From Rubripirellula sp. (GTDB lineage: Bacteria; Planctomycetota; Planctomycetia; Pirellulales; Pirellulaceae), in assembly GCA_965216875.1 (NCBI GenBank), contig OZ244207.1, positions 6,272,001 to 6,336,000 of the forward strand: a DNA stretch of 64,000 nt. Reading direction: 5' to 3'. This document shows, one piece after another, positions 39,829 through 50,600 of the stretch (its first letter is position 1; the number at the start of each line of letters is the position of its first letter). Under the pieces are notes generated by a model. The model worked only from the letters and a program-made list of their open reading frames with translations. It was not told the origin of the DNA and did not search any database. The translations under genes and the position numbers were made by a program.

Positions 39829-40135
39829 CACGACTTCTCCAATCCCATCTGACGCATCAAAGAAAAGGGATAACCCCGAACGGACTGATCGTGCAAAACC
39901 GCCTTTAGACCTGGGTGGTTGCAAGTAGACTCACAACCGCAAGGCCGGCCATTATCTCGCTGCGTGGTGAATTGGATACCCCGCAGCGGGGCGGTTTTTT
40001 CAGATCCGCGTTTTTCCGCGGCACAAACACTGGAATGCGGCTGATTTGCTAGCTCAATTCAGCCTGTGCAAGCAGGTGTCCGATTGGATCGCCCGCGGCG
40101 TTTGCGCGAAATCGCGTGGTGGAAAACCTGTTCGA

Positions 40136-41176
40136 CTACGCCGTTTGCGGCTGGATGACCACTTTCATTTGGTCCGGATCTCCCGCATGAAGTCGTTCGA
40201 ACCATTGTGGTCCATCGCCCAGGGAGATCTTGGCGGTGATCAGAGGCGCGACATTGATGATCCCTCGGTTCATCAGATCGATGCACTGGGGGTATTCGCC
40301 ATTGCAACCGCAGGTTCCGTGCAGCGAGATTTCGCGGGTGACGACCGATTGAAGCGGCAGGTCGATGGTGGGCGAGACGTTTCCAACCAAAGTGACGTTG
40401 CCACCTTTGCGAACGGATTCGATCGCCGTGACCACCGTTGGCGTAGCCCCGACCACTTCCATCGCGATGTCGGCGCCGCGGCCTTCGGTCATTTCGCGAA
40501 CGACAGCGGGCACATCAACTTGGTCACTCCTCAACACATCGGTGGCTCCAAGTTCTTTGGCAACTTCAAGACGCTTGTCGTTGATGTCGACCGCAATCAC
40601 GCGCGAAGCACCGGCGGCGCGAACGGCTTGAAGTGTGAGTAGTCCAATCATGCCAGCTCCGACCACAACGGCCGTATCGCCGAGCACGACGGGGGTGACG
40701 TTGACGGCATGCACAGCAACCGAAACCGCTTCGACCAGTGCGGCATGTTCAAAGGGAAGCGTGTCGGGCAAGCGATACACGATGCGACGAGGAATGCTGA
40801 TACGCTCGGCAAATGCCCCATGACGACGATATTCGCCACACGAAACACCAAGCACCATACGGTTGTCACAAAGGTTGCGATGCCCGTCGAGACAGAACTC
40901 GCATTTGCCACAAGAGACCATCGAATCAAAGGTGACTCGCGTCCCGTTGGGCAAGTCGGTCACGTTGTCGCCGGTGGCAACCACGATGCCCGCAGCTTCG
41001 TGCCCCATCACCAAAGGTGGAATGCGACGGCCTGTGCTGCCGTCGTAACCATGAATGTCGCTGCCGCAAATGCCACATGCTTCGACTTGAACGAGGACGT
41101 CATCGGCGCCGACTTCGGGCTCGTCGACATCGGTGACTTGCATCTGCTTGTATTCAGTTAGCAATAAGGCTTTCAT
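40136..41176 (-). CDS. Zn-dependent (MDR) sugar-alcohol dehydrogenase
   Basis: CGICGSDIH, GHE, structural CxxCxxC..C and GAGMIG. Confidence 0.9.
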   Translation of the reverse strand: MKALLLTEYKQMQVTDVDEPEVGADDVLVQVEACGICGSDIHGYDGSTGRRIPPLVMGHEAAGIVVATGDNVTDLPNGTRVTFDSMVSCGKCEFCLDGHRNLCDNRMVLGVSCGEYRRHGAFAERISIPRRIVYRLPDTLPFEHAALVEAVSVAVHAVNVTPVVLGDTAVVVGAGMIGLLTLQAVRAAGASRVIAVDINDKRLEVAKELGATDVLRSDQVDVPAVVREMTEGRGADIAMEVVGATPTVVTAIESVRKGGNVTLVGNVSPTIDLPLQSVVTREISLHGTCGCNGEYPQCIDLMNRGIINVAPLITAKISLGDGPQWFERLHAGDPDQMKVVIQPQTA

Positions 41177-41203
41177 GATGTGAGCTCGATCGGTCTCTTG
41201 TGA

Positions 41204-41803
41204 TTGTTTGTGGTGGTCCGCCCAAGTTTAGATGAACGGCTATCAAAGTTGAATTCAAACGACCCGAATTGCGAATGGACGCTGACCGCATATCACGAAG
41301 CAGGCCACGCTGTTGTTGGCTACGGCCTCGGTGGGTCGGTGCAATCGATTCAACTAGGTGGTGAGGCCGACGATGATTTACCAGAGAGATTTGGCGATTG
41401 CCGTGTCGCTTGGGGGCAACCTGGGGAGATCCCAGACCTCTGGCAGCGTGAACTGATGACCGTCTTGGCCGGCCCAGTGGCCGAAATGATCTACACTGGG
41501 GAGCCGTATCATCCCGCACTCTACGGGCCCTGGCAAGGTGATTGGCAAACCGCCTGGGAAATGTGTTCGCTGCGTGTCAAGCTCGCTCGGCAAGCCAAGG
41601 GCGAGCCGAGGGACACGGTGGCCTCGCTCGTGGACCAAGCCAAAATGCGAGTGCTCGAATCGATTCTGCTTCAGTTACGAGAGCACATGCAGAAAGAGCC
41701 GATTTGGCCCGCGGTCGGAGCCGTGGCCGACGAACTGCTTGCCCACGAATACCTCGAGCAAGAAGAACTCCACGACACACTCGATTTCTGGTTCTCGCGG
41801 TAG
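41204..41803 (+). CDS. Stand-alone peptidase M41 (FtsH protease domain)-like protein
   Basis: TAYHEAGHAVV and LAGPVAE; no AAA or TM domain; start uncertain. Confidence 0.7.
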   Translation: MFVVVRPSLDERLSKLNSNDPNCEWTLTAYHEAGHAVVGYGLGGSVQSIQLGGEADDDLPERFGDCRVAWGQPGEIPDLWQRELMTVLAGPVAEMIYTGEPYHPALYGPWQGDWQTAWEMCSLRVKLARQAKGEPRDTVASLVDQAKMRVLESILLQLREHMQKEPIWPAVGAVADELLAHEYLEQEELHDTLDFWFSR

Positions 41804-42012
41804 CCAGCTTCAAGCGCGCTCTCGCAACGAACGATCGCGCGCTGGGTCACGACTCGCTGCAACGAAAGTTGGTCGTGATCGTTTTCGAAGGGGCAAGAAA
41901 TGTGGGATTGGATGCGGCCAGCTTTGTCGCTTCTGGCGCCACTGAAAGTAGACTGCAACCGGATTGAAAACCTCGGTCGTCGCGAGTGCTCTTGTTGGGA
42001 CGATGAGACGGG

Positions 42013-42063
42013 CGACAAGACGGAAGGATCGACAAGACGGTCGGATCGACGAGACGGGCGGGA
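42013..42063. repeat. Three imperfect 17-bp tandem repeats
   Basis: cgacaagacggaaggat / cgacaagacggtcggat / cgacgagacgggcggga, starting at 42013, 42030 and 42047. Confidence 0.6.
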
Positions 42064-42457
42064 CGGCATGAGTCGGGCGCCACTGCACCTTCACCAGACA
42101 GGGTTTTGGCGGGGGGTGCCAAATCGGTCAGGTGTTGTTTCAGCGAGCCTATGTGGTGTAGGACACGCGCAATTTGTGCGTTTATAGACAGACTGACTGA
42201 TAGAAACGTTTTTTCTGGAACCTTTGTTCGTTTTCGTCGTCAACGTCGCTGTGCACGGTGTCGGCGGCGTTGACAAGTTGCAGCGTCTAGGTAGTTTGTC
42301 ACGCTCGCAGTTGTCACTTATCTGGTCTGCCGACGCGGACTCCCGCCTTAGGTGAGTCGACCACACACCGCCTGTGAGCGATCTCTTTCGTGCGATCGCG
42401 TACACACTTTTGTGTATTGGATTGGCGGGCTTTTTCGAATCTGTCGGAGTCACGTGA

Positions 42458-42649
42458 ATGAAGGATTTTGCCTTGCGGTACCGCTATTTCCCCGTCCTGG
42501 CGCTTTGTCTTGTCAGCTCGCTCGCCCTCGTTGGTTGCGGAAGCGGCGAAGCCGAGGTCATTCAAACCGAAGAGGTCTTTCAAGAAGACCCAGCGGTTGA
42601 ACAGGCGAAGGAAAAGGCCAAGCAAGAGTCGATGAAAGAGCCTCTTTAG
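42458..42649 (+). CDS. Small lipoprotein associated with the DUF1559 gene
   Basis: Lipobox LVGC followed by an acidic tail. Confidence 0.7.
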   Translation: MKDFALRYRYFPVLALCLVSSLALVGCGSGEAEVIQTEEVFQEDPAVEQAKEKAKQESMKEPL

Positions 42650-42717
42650 GCCACGACCTCTACCTATCTCCCCCCTCCAACTTCAACTCTATTTCGTTTC
42701 AGTAACAGGAAGCATTA

Positions 42718-43977
42718 ATGCAATTGTCCAAAAACACCTCTTCACGCCGTGCAGGTTTCACATTGGTTGAACTGCTCGTCGTGATTGCGATCATTGGTGT
42801 CTTGGTTGGTTTGCTCTTGCCGGCAGTTCAAGCTGCTCGCGAGGCGGCCCGCCGCATGAGCTGCAGCAACAATTTCCGTCAAATCGGAATTGGAATCCAC
42901 AACTACCACTCGACCTACAAGAACACACCGATGCATCTCGGCGGTACCAATTCACCTGGTATCGAAGGCGGTGCCGAGGGTGGTACCGATTCGTGCTCGA
43001 CCTATTCGAACCGTTTGCGACTTAGTGCTCTGGTCGGTTTGATGCCCTTCATCGAACAGCAAGCTCTTTGGGAAGAAATTTCGAATCCCAGTACGTTTGA
43101 TTTGTCCAATCCAAACACTCCACTGTCGCCGCCGTGGCCTGCGATGGGACCAACGCCATCGGATGAGGACAACGTCTTCGCACAAGGTGGTCACCCAACC
43201 CGCAACACCGCTTACCGCCCTTGGATGACTCAGGTCCCAACCCTGCGCTGCCCAAGTGATCCTGGCTCCGGCCCACCTTCGATGGGTCGCACCAACTATG
43301 CGGTTTCGATCGGTGACGGGATTCGTTTGCAGCAACTTGGCCCTTACGAGAACTCGATCAGCCAAAGGACTTCAGGCAACACCCAGCAATGGCGTGCTGC
43401 TGACCGCGGTTTCTTTTCGGCACGCACCTTCCGTAAGTTCCGCGACTGCTTGGACGGAATGGCTAACACCATTGCGATGGCAGAAATCGCCACCGACCTT
43501 GGCGACCGTGACATCCGAACTCAAGGGATGCAGGGGGGTAACGATGTTCGCACCAACCCAACCATTTGCCGCGTCAACATCGACCCCGAACGCCCACAGT
43601 TTTGGGATCCATCGGTTGGCGCCGCTGATTTGTTCGCGATCAATCAAGGCCGCGGATACCGATGGGCCAGTGGTGAAGGACCTGACACTGTGGTTTCGAC
43701 GATCCTGCCACCAAATAAAGAAGTTTGCGTTCGCAGCGTGACTCGTTACATCATCGCATCGGGTGCATTGCCACCAAGTAGCCGTCACCAAGGTGGCGTA
43801 CACATCCTGATGGGTGATGGTGCTGTGGTCTTCATTTCCGATTCGATCGAAGCTGGCGACTCGACCGCTCCTGCGATCGAAGGCAACCTTGCTGGTCGTC
43901 AAAGCCCCTACGGACTGTGGGGTGCATTGGGCACTCGAGCAAGCAAAGAAGTGATCGAAGAAGAATTGAATCAGTAA
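42718..43977 (+). CDS. DUF1559 prepilin-type protein with H-X9-DG C-terminal motif
   Basis: [44 protein letters not shown] and [14 protein letters not shown]. Confidence 0.93.
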   Translation: MQLSKNTSSRRAGFTLVELLVVIAIIGVLVGLLLPAVQAAREAARRMSCSNNFRQIGIGIHNYHSTYKNTPMHLGGTNSPGIEGGAEGGTDSCSTYSNRLRLSALVGLMPFIEQQALWEEISNPSTFDLSNPNTPLSPPWPAMGPTPSDEDNVFAQGGHPTRNTAYRPWMTQVPTLRCPSDPGSGPPSMGRTNYAVSIGDGIRLQQLGPYENSISQRTSGNTQQWRAADRGFFSARTFRKFRDCLDGMANTIAMAEIATDLGDRDIRTQGMQGGNDVRTNPTICRVNIDPERPQFWDPSVGAADLFAINQGRGYRWASGEGPDTVVSTILPPNKEVCVRSVTRYIIASGALPPSSRHQGGVHILMGDGAVVFISDSIEAGDSTAPAIEGNLAGRQSPYGLWGALGTRASKEVIEEELNQ

Positions 43978-43999
43978 CGCTCGTTACGATTTCAAAAAC

Positions 44000-44039
44000 A
44001 AAAACCTGGTGCGAGAGAAAACTCGCGCCAGGTTTTTTT
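44000..44039. terminator. Bidirectional intrinsic terminator
   Basis: aaaacctggtgcgag/ctcgcgccaggtttt stem with A- and T-runs on either side, between convergent genes. Confidence 0.85.
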
Positions 44040-44055
44040 ATGCGCTTGTCCGGAA

Positions 44056-45282
44056 CTACAGTTGCTTGGCTTGTTTCAGCGCCGCTTGGTCGATTGAAAA
44101 TCCGAGCCCTGCGCGGCGAGGCACTTGGATCGTGCCATCGGTCACTTTGCCGTAGGAGCGGTATTCCTGAAATGGTCCAAGGTTGTCCAGCACGCTGCAG
44201 AGGTGCAAGTTGGCGGCGGCATCGGGAAGGACTTTGGGGCTGTGTGGTGTGATCGGCAAACCAGCTGCGTTCGCCATCTTGGAAACTCGCAGCGTTCGCA
44301 CGAATCCTCCGTTGTAGAAAATGTCGGGCTGCAAAATGTCAACGGATCGGTTTTTCGCCATCTGGGCCCACAACCAGAGGTTGCTGTCCTGTTCGCCGCC
44401 AGCAACGTTGATGTTTCGATCGCGAAGACCTTCAGTAACGGATGCCGTGCCTTGAGTATCTTGCCAAGGCACAGGTTCTTCGAAGAAGGCAACACCGTGA
44501 TCATCCAAGAAGCGACCCATCTCGATGGCTTCAGAAACCGTGTAGGAGCTGTTGGCATCCGCATAGATGGTCACTTTGTCGCCAAACGTTTTTCGGGCCA
44601 ACGCAATCATCTTGCGGTCGCGTTTGTTCTGCTCGGCTGAATTACCCATCCGTTTGCCGATCTTGAACTTCGTCGCCTTCGCCCCGGTCTTTTCAAGGTC
44701 TTTGGCCGCGTTTGCAACTTCAGCTTCGGCACTCGTGTTTCGTCCAAATTGTGAAATGTAAACCGGGATGTCGGTCCGCAACGGTTTACCAATCACGTGA
44801 CTGACGGGGACGTCCTTGAGCCGAGCAAGCATGTCAAAGATGGCGATTTCGACGTGCCCAACGACATTCCAAAACGGCATTCCCGCAAATTTATAGACGC
44901 TGCCTCGATCGTCGCGCTCGGTGTACACGCCGTCGACTAGCGATTCGATGTCGCGAGCGTCTTTGCCAACGAAGAATGGGTTCACCAGTCGTTTTGCCAG
45001 TTCGACCGTCACTTCCAAACGGCTGTTGCCAGGGCAATAACCAACCGCGCCTTGTTCGCTCGTCACACGAAACCAAATCGATCGTCCGACCCGGAGTTGG
45101 TCAACCGACGCGATAAGGATTGGCGAATCAAACCGGCGGTGCAATTCGAGCATTGGGCTGGCGCCCGGGACGTCGATGGCAATGGATTGCCCTGCCATCA
45201 TCGCCATCGCGCCGAACAAACTGGTTTTGAGAATGTGCCGACGGTTCACTTGAGAGCGAGATTGTGAGTGGTTGATCTTCAT
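44056..45282 (-). CDS. Tat-exported mandelate racemase/muconate lactonizing (enolase superfamily) enzyme
   Basis: NRRHILK, KFKIG, YADAN, FFEEP, AGGEQ, QPD and TPH. Confidence 0.85.
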   Translation of the reverse strand: MKINHSQSRSQVNRRHILKTSLFGAMAMMAGQSIAIDVPGASPMLELHRRFDSPILIASVDQLRVGRSIWFRVTSEQGAVGYCPGNSRLEVTVELAKRLVNPFFVGKDARDIESLVDGVYTERDDRGSVYKFAGMPFWNVVGHVEIAIFDMLARLKDVPVSHVIGKPLRTDIPVYISQFGRNTSAEAEVANAAKDLEKTGAKATKFKIGKRMGNSAEQNKRDRKMIALARKTFGDKVTIYADANSSYTVSEAIEMGRFLDDHGVAFFEEPVPWQDTQGTASVTEGLRDRNINVAGGEQDSNLWLWAQMAKNRSVDILQPDIFYNGGFVRTLRVSKMANAAGLPITPHSPKVLPDAAANLHLCSVLDNLGPFQEYRSYGKVTDGTIQVPRRAGLGFSIDQAALKQAKQL

Positions 45283-46202
45283 GACAAGGCACTCCGCAGA
45301 TTGGCGTGGCTCGCACGATGTGCATCGACTGCGGAGAGTTTTTTGGGCGACTGCGCTTCGACAGCCTGTTCGAGTACGAGATGAGGCCGGATGTTTCGTT
45401 TGTCAAGAAACTCGAAGATGCGTTCGTAATTGATGTCGCCCTCTGGCGCAAACGTCTCCGTCCAGATGCCTTCGGCCGACTGGCGCAAATGAAGCTCGAC
45501 GATGCGTTGGTGGTAATGCGTGATCGCGTCAAACACAGCGAGTTCGGAGTTGCCGCAACCGCGATAGATCCAATGTGAGTCGAGACAGAATCGAACGTTG
45601 TCTGGATCGGTCGCCGTCAACATGTGGTGAAATTCGCGAGCCCCCTCGCGTAGCTCGGCGTCATGGTTGTGATAGGCAAGAGCCATGCCAAGTTTTCGCA
45701 ATTCGGCTCCTAGAGCATCGAGGGCTTTGGCTTGCAATCGCAATTGGGCATCGGACTTGTTTTCAGGTCCGCCCCACCGAATCGGCGATGGGTTGGTGAC
45801 AACGATCTCGGTTCCAAGCTTTTTGGCTTCGGTTGCAATTTCGATCACCGCGGCTGTGCTGCCGTCGATCTTGGCTGCGTCATGCAGTTCGCTGTTGACG
45901 TAGATTGACCGCATGGAAAGACCGTGTTCACTAAGCCGATCACCGAGCCCGACCAGTTCGCTCTTGTTGCCGATGATTGGTTCGTATCCGGTAATGCCGG
46001 TGTCGGCGATATCAGTGAGCAGCGCATCGGAATGCGCTTTGAATTCGCGACCATCACGACGATCGAACGTGAGCCACGGATAGGTGTTGGTTGCAATGAC
46101 GCGCTGTTGATCGTTGGGAGCAGCGCTGAGCCAATTTGAGAAGACCGGCAGTGCAAGCGTGGCGGCAGTGCCAGCAAGCAGCTGGCGTCGGGTGTGAGGC
46201 AT
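45279..46202 (-). CDS. Tat-exported sugar phosphate isomerase/epimerase (IolE-like TIM barrel)
   Basis: TRRQLL, YHNH, CLDSHW, LHLR and VLEQ; 4-bp overlap with the enolase-family gene. Confidence 0.8.
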   Translation of the reverse strand: MPHTRRQLLAGTAATLALPVFSNWLSAAPNDQQRVIATNTYPWLTFDRRDGREFKAHSDALLTDIADTGITGYEPIIGNKSELVGLGDRLSEHGLSMRSIYVNSELHDAAKIDGSTAAVIEIATEAKKLGTEIVVTNPSPIRWGGPENKSDAQLRLQAKALDALGAELRKLGMALAYHNHDAELREGAREFHHMLTATDPDNVRFCLDSHWIYRGCGNSELAVFDAITHYHQRIVELHLRQSAEGIWTETFAPEGDINYERIFEFLDKRNIRPHLVLEQAVEAQSPKKLSAVDAHRASHANLRSALS

Positions 46203-46553
46203 CGGAAAGCTTGGGGGGAAGGATCGACGGGGAGAAACAGTGAGTTTTCGTGAACCGCGGTCGCGTCGGGCTCTTATTCGTGATGGCTGGGTCCCTATTC
46301 GCGAGGGCCAGAACATGGTGGTGGTGAGTAGCCTATCAACCTATCCCACCTGCTGGCGATGATAGCTACGGCAAGGCTCTTGCTGTGAAGTTTTTGGTCG
46401 TGATGCAGTTTTTGAGATCGAGCGGAGCGTTGCGTAAGATAGGGCTGTTCTTTCGACAGATTCGTTTGCCCATCCGCCTCGAGTGGTACAGCAAACGAGC
46501 GAAAGCAACCCTCGCATCCCGCCTGACTGTCCTCCCCTTCTGATTGCTGTGCC

Positions 46554-48146
46554 GTGAGTCGACTTCTTGGTCTGTTATTTGTCTTCGCATTCGTTGGTTC
46601 GCTCGGTGCCCAAAGCCCCAGGCAGCCCAACATCCTTTTGATCATGGCCGATGACCTTGGTTACTCCGATCTTGGCTGTTACGGCAGCGAGATCCAGACG
46701 CCAAATCTTGATGCACTCGCGGCGGGCGGCGTTCGCTTCACCCAGTTCTATAACACTGGCCGATGCTGGCCAACGAGAGCGGCGTTGTTGACGGGTTATT
46801 ACCCGCAAAGCGTCAGGCGTGACACGGTCGACGGTGCACGCAGTGGAGGTCGTGGAAAACGGCCGTCTTGGGCGCCACTGATTTGCAAGCCGCTTCGCCA
46901 GGCGGGATATCGCAACTACCACACGGGCAAATGGCACTTGGATTCGATGCCCATCGCGAGCGGGTTTGACCGCTCGTATTATCTGAAAGACCAACATCGT
47001 TTCTTCAATCCAACGTTGCATTGGAAAGACGACAAGAAGCTTCCTCCGGTTCCAAAGGGTACGGACTTTTACGCAACAACCGCACTCGGCGATCACGTCA
47101 TCGAAACGTTGTCAGAGCATCAAGACAAATATTCGGAGCAGCCGTTTTTTCATTACCTTGCGTTTGCTGCGCCCCATTTTCCGTTGCACGCGCTGCCCGA
47201 AGACATCAATCGGTACCGCCAAATGTATCGGGTCGGCTGGGACGAGATTCGCAAACAACGACATTCGCGCATGCAAGATTTGGGATTGGTCTCGGCGCCA
47301 TTGTCGGATGTGATGACCACCGTTGGACCTCCGTACGACTTTCCCGACGCGATGAAACAACTTGGTGATGGCGAAGTGAATCGGCCAGTCGCCTGGAGCG
47401 AGCTGACGGACAAGCAGAAAGAGTTTCAGTCGACCAAGATGGCGATTCACGCTGCGATGATCGACTGCATGGACCGCCAGATTGGTCGAATCATCGAAAA
47501 GCTCAAAGAGTTGGAAGTGTTCGACAATACGGTCGTTCTTTTTCTGTCCGACAATGGCGCAAGCGCCGAGATCATGGTTCGCGGCGACGGCCATGACCCA
47601 GAAGCACCGATGGGATCGTGGGCGAGCCATCTTTGCCTCGGACCAGGTTGGTCGACGGTTTGCAACACACCCTTTCGATACCACAAGACTTGGACGCACG
47701 AGGGCGGCACTGCGACGCCTTTGATCGTCCATTGGCCGAAGCAGATCGCTGCAGCTGGCCAGCGACGGCATGACGTTGGCCACGTGATCGACATCTGGCC
47801 TACTCTTTTGGAGGTCGCCAAAGCGAATCGACTGGACGAAACCGAGCTTGGTAGCGAGGGGCCAGACCGTCCAGGTAAGAGTTTGGTCGATACATTCACA
47901 AAAGACCGCGTTGTGCCACGAACGATTTGGTTCCAACACGAAGGCAACCGGGCGCTGCGCGTTGGCGACTGGAAGGTAAGCGCCGTGAACAACGGCGATT
48001 GGGAACTCTATCGTCTTTCCGTAGATCGCAGTGAAACGACCGACCTGTCAAAGAGCGACCCTGATCGTCTGTCCGAGATGACGCGCCAGTGGCAAAGGAT
48101 TGCCGATGAGAATCGACGCCGCGCGACCGAGCTTTGGCGCGAGTAA
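46554..48146 (+). CDS. Arylsulfatase (formylglycine-dependent, Cys type)
   Basis: PNILLIMADDLG, CWPTRAALLTG, GKWHL, APHFPLH and SDNG. Confidence 0.93.
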   Translation: MSRLLGLLFVFAFVGSLGAQSPRQPNILLIMADDLGYSDLGCYGSEIQTPNLDALAAGGVRFTQFYNTGRCWPTRAALLTGYYPQSVRRDTVDGARSGGRGKRPSWAPLICKPLRQAGYRNYHTGKWHLDSMPIASGFDRSYYLKDQHRFFNPTLHWKDDKKLPPVPKGTDFYATTALGDHVIETLSEHQDKYSEQPFFHYLAFAAPHFPLHALPEDINRYRQMYRVGWDEIRKQRHSRMQDLGLVSAPLSDVMTTVGPPYDFPDAMKQLGDGEVNRPVAWSELTDKQKEFQSTKMAIHAAMIDCMDRQIGRIIEKLKELEVFDNTVVLFLSDNGASAEIMVRGDGHDPEAPMGSWASHLCLGPGWSTVCNTPFRYHKTWTHEGGTATPLIVHWPKQIAAAGQRRHDVGHVIDIWPTLLEVAKANRLDETELGSEGPDRPGKSLVDTFTKDRVVPRTIWFQHEGNRALRVGDWKVSAVNNGDWELYRLSVDRSETTDLSKSDPDRLSEMTRQWQRIADENRRRATELWRE

Positions 48147-48158
48147 GAACTGCGGTCG

Positions 48159-50600
48159 CTACGATTTGGCGTCGGCGTTGCTGGACAACAACGTGTTCTG
48201 TGTGGTTCGACACAGGTTCAACAGCTGTTGCGTGTTCTTAAGCAGATTGAACCACTGCATGTTTTCTTCTGCCGCTTCGGTTTCGATCCGATCCGCCGCT
48301 TCGGCGATCGATTCGATATCGTGGCGACGAGCGAGTGCACCGAGACGAGCAGCCAAGGTTTGAAGGCCGTCGACATCACGCGCGTCCAATGCATCGGCAA
48401 GCCGTTCGATCTGCAAGCCGAGTTGCATCGCTGTCTGCTGAGGCACCGATTCTTCACGCAATCGATGACGGTCGTGTTCGTCAATCGTTTTTGCGAAGTG
48501 CTCGACAAGGGTTGGGTCAAATTGTGATCCTGCACAGCGACGAAGCTCGGCGACGGCATCATCGTGGCTGCGGCCTTCGCGATAGATTCGGTCGCTGACC
48601 ATTGCATCGTAACTGTCAGCGATCGCGAGCAATCGTGCTGGCAGTGGGATCTCGCTGCCAGCCGGCAGGTGAGGTTCGGTGGGACGCGCGCAGAAGTAAG
48701 CGTGGTGTGTGCGAATGATCTCGGTCAGCTCGGCACAGTTGAATGTTCCTGCAACGATTTCGACACCAATGCGATCAAACGATTGCATTTGTTTCCATTC
48801 ATCGGGCGTCAAAGTGCCCGGTTTCAAGAGCACATCATCTGGAATGCCAATCTTCCCGATGTCGTGCAGCAATGCCGCGATCTCAAGAAGGTAGGTGGTG
48901 CGTTTGTCGAGCAGCCCGGATGCGAGTTGCACACAAAGATCGGCGACGCGGCGCGAGTGTTCGGCTGTTTCGGAATCACGATAGGCCAACGCGCTCACCA
49001 AGGCAGTGACCGCCTGGAACGGCAAGTTGGTGACGTCAGACGTTTCGGGTCGGCCCTGTTCGGCGCCATCTTCGATGTCCATCGCGGCGACTTGTTCGCT
49101 AAAGGCGATCACACGATTTCGGCCTTGGCGTTTAGCAATGTACAAACACTTGTCGGCTTGCTGGATCAGTGCCTGAGGGTCGACCGCTTCATACGTCGAG
49201 GTCGATACGCCAATGCTGACCGTTAGCTTCAGGTCCTCGGGGTCATCGAGTCGCGCTTCTTCAATGGCCTGTCTTGCTTTTTCAGCGAGCTTGCATGCTT
49301 TGTCGGTATCTGCGTCAGGAATAATGACACAGAATTCTTCGCCACCATAACGGCAGACGAGCGCAGGAGCCGCAAAGGTCTCTTGAATCAATCGAGCAAC
49401 GATTCGAAGCACGTCGTCGCCGACTTGATGTCCGTAGGTATCGTTGACCTGCTTGAAGTGATCGTTGTCGATCATCAAGCAGGCGATCGGCAGATAGCTG
49501 ACTTCTTTCCAAAGTGTTTCGAAACGTTCAAAGAGGGCACGCCGATTCAAGCAGCCGGTCAACGCATCTTGTGTTGCGAGGATCTCGAGTTCGCGATTCT
49601 TGCTGCTAATCTCATCGCGGCTGTTTCTCAGCATCGCGAGCATTCGCTCAAGTTCCGCACGATGCTGTTCGCCCTCGGTCACATCACGGAAGGTGGCCAG
49701 TGCACCGCGTCGTGGTGAATCGGGGGTCGAAATGGGCGAGGCGTTGATGGAAAAGAATCGGTATTCACCGGTCGGCAATTGGTACCGCATCAGTTGTTCG
49801 ATTTGCTGAGTCCCTTCGTTGATCGCTCGGGTCCACGGGAAGTCGTTCGCCGCATGTGTGCTGCAGATCCATGGCAACTCGCTCGCTCGCCGGCCCAGTA
49901 ATTTGTACGGGTTCACGCCGACGGTGTCGCAAAAGGATCGGTTCGCCAAAATAATCCGCTCGCGTTCGTCGATGATGAGCAGACCTTCGGAGAGTGTGTC
50001 GAGTGCTTGGCGAATTCGGTCGGGTGCCGCTTCGCACACGTGTGTCGACCCAATCCAACCGATGGTTTGCAGGATCCAAACGAAGGCCACAACCAGTAGC
50101 ACGAGGCCGAGAGATGCGTACTTGGATGCAAAGCCACGAAGCGTCGTCGCTCCTTGCGAACTGTCAAGATAAAACTCGGCTTGACCGTATGACTTTCCGT
50201 TAAGCCTGAGGGCGACGGCGTGTGTCAGCGAGGCAGCCGACGACTTGAGATTCGCCGACGGGCGGTCTGCAACGGGATGGTCGGTCGTTGGCCTGCTGGA
50301 TCCGACCAGCCACTGTCGCTGGGGGTAGGACTCTGCTTGCAGCGAGATTCGGATGCCCGAGATCTTTGCTTCGCGTTGGAGAGATCGACGCAGAATCACG
50401 TCCACCGTTTCGAGTTCACCGTCGCGAATTCGATTGGTCACGCGCAATGCAATCTCGTTACAGCGTTCGATGGTGTTGTTGGCGATTGGAGACGCATTGG
50501 CCGGCAAAAAGCCGAGCCACCGTGCGCCTACAAAAAGGCCAGCAACCGCACAGACAAACACTGCAAAGCGGCGTAGCGATTCGAATCGAGGCTTGAACAA
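48159..50600 (-). CDS. Membrane PAS-GGDEF diguanylate cyclase with degenerate HD-GYP and Hpt-like tail
   Basis: Two TM segments, PAS, DALTGCLNRR, DNDHFKQVNDTYGH, RYGGEEF, LLHDIGK and IADSYDAM. Confidence 0.88.
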   Translation of the reverse strand: MFKPRFESLRRFAVFVCAVAGLFVGARWLGFLPANASPIANNTIERCNEIALRVTNRIRDGELETVDVILRRSLQREAKISGIRISLQAESYPQRQWLVGSSRPTTDHPVADRPSANLKSSAASLTHAVALRLNGKSYGQAEFYLDSSQGATTLRGFASKYASLGLVLLVVAFVWILQTIGWIGSTHVCEAAPDRIRQALDTLSEGLLIIDERERIILANRSFCDTVGVNPYKLLGRRASELPWICSTHAANDFPWTRAINEGTQQIEQLMRYQLPTGEYRFFSINASPISTPDSPRRGALATFRDVTEGEQHRAELERMLAMLRNSRDEISSKNRELEILATQDALTGCLNRRALFERFETLWKEVSYLPIACLMIDNDHFKQVNDTYGHQVGDDVLRIVARLIQETFAAPALVCRYGGEEFCVIIPDADTDKACKLAEKARQAIEEARLDDPEDLKLTVSIGVSTSTYEAVDPQALIQQADKCLYIAKRQGRNRVIAFSEQVAAMDIEDGAEQGRPETSDVTNLPFQAVTALVSALAYRDSETAEHSRRVADLCVQLASGLLDKRTTYLLEIAALLHDIGKIGIPDDVLLKPGTLTPDEWKQMQSFDRIGVEIVAGTFNCAELTEIIRTHHAYFCARPTEPHLPAGSEIPLPARLLAIADSYDAMVSDRIYREGRSHDDAVAELRRCAGSQFDPTLVEHFAKTIDEHDRHRLREESVPQQTAMQLGLQIERLADALDARDVDGLQTLAARLGALARRHDIESIAEAADRIETEAAEENMQWFNLLKNTQQLLNLCRTTQNTLLSSNADAKS

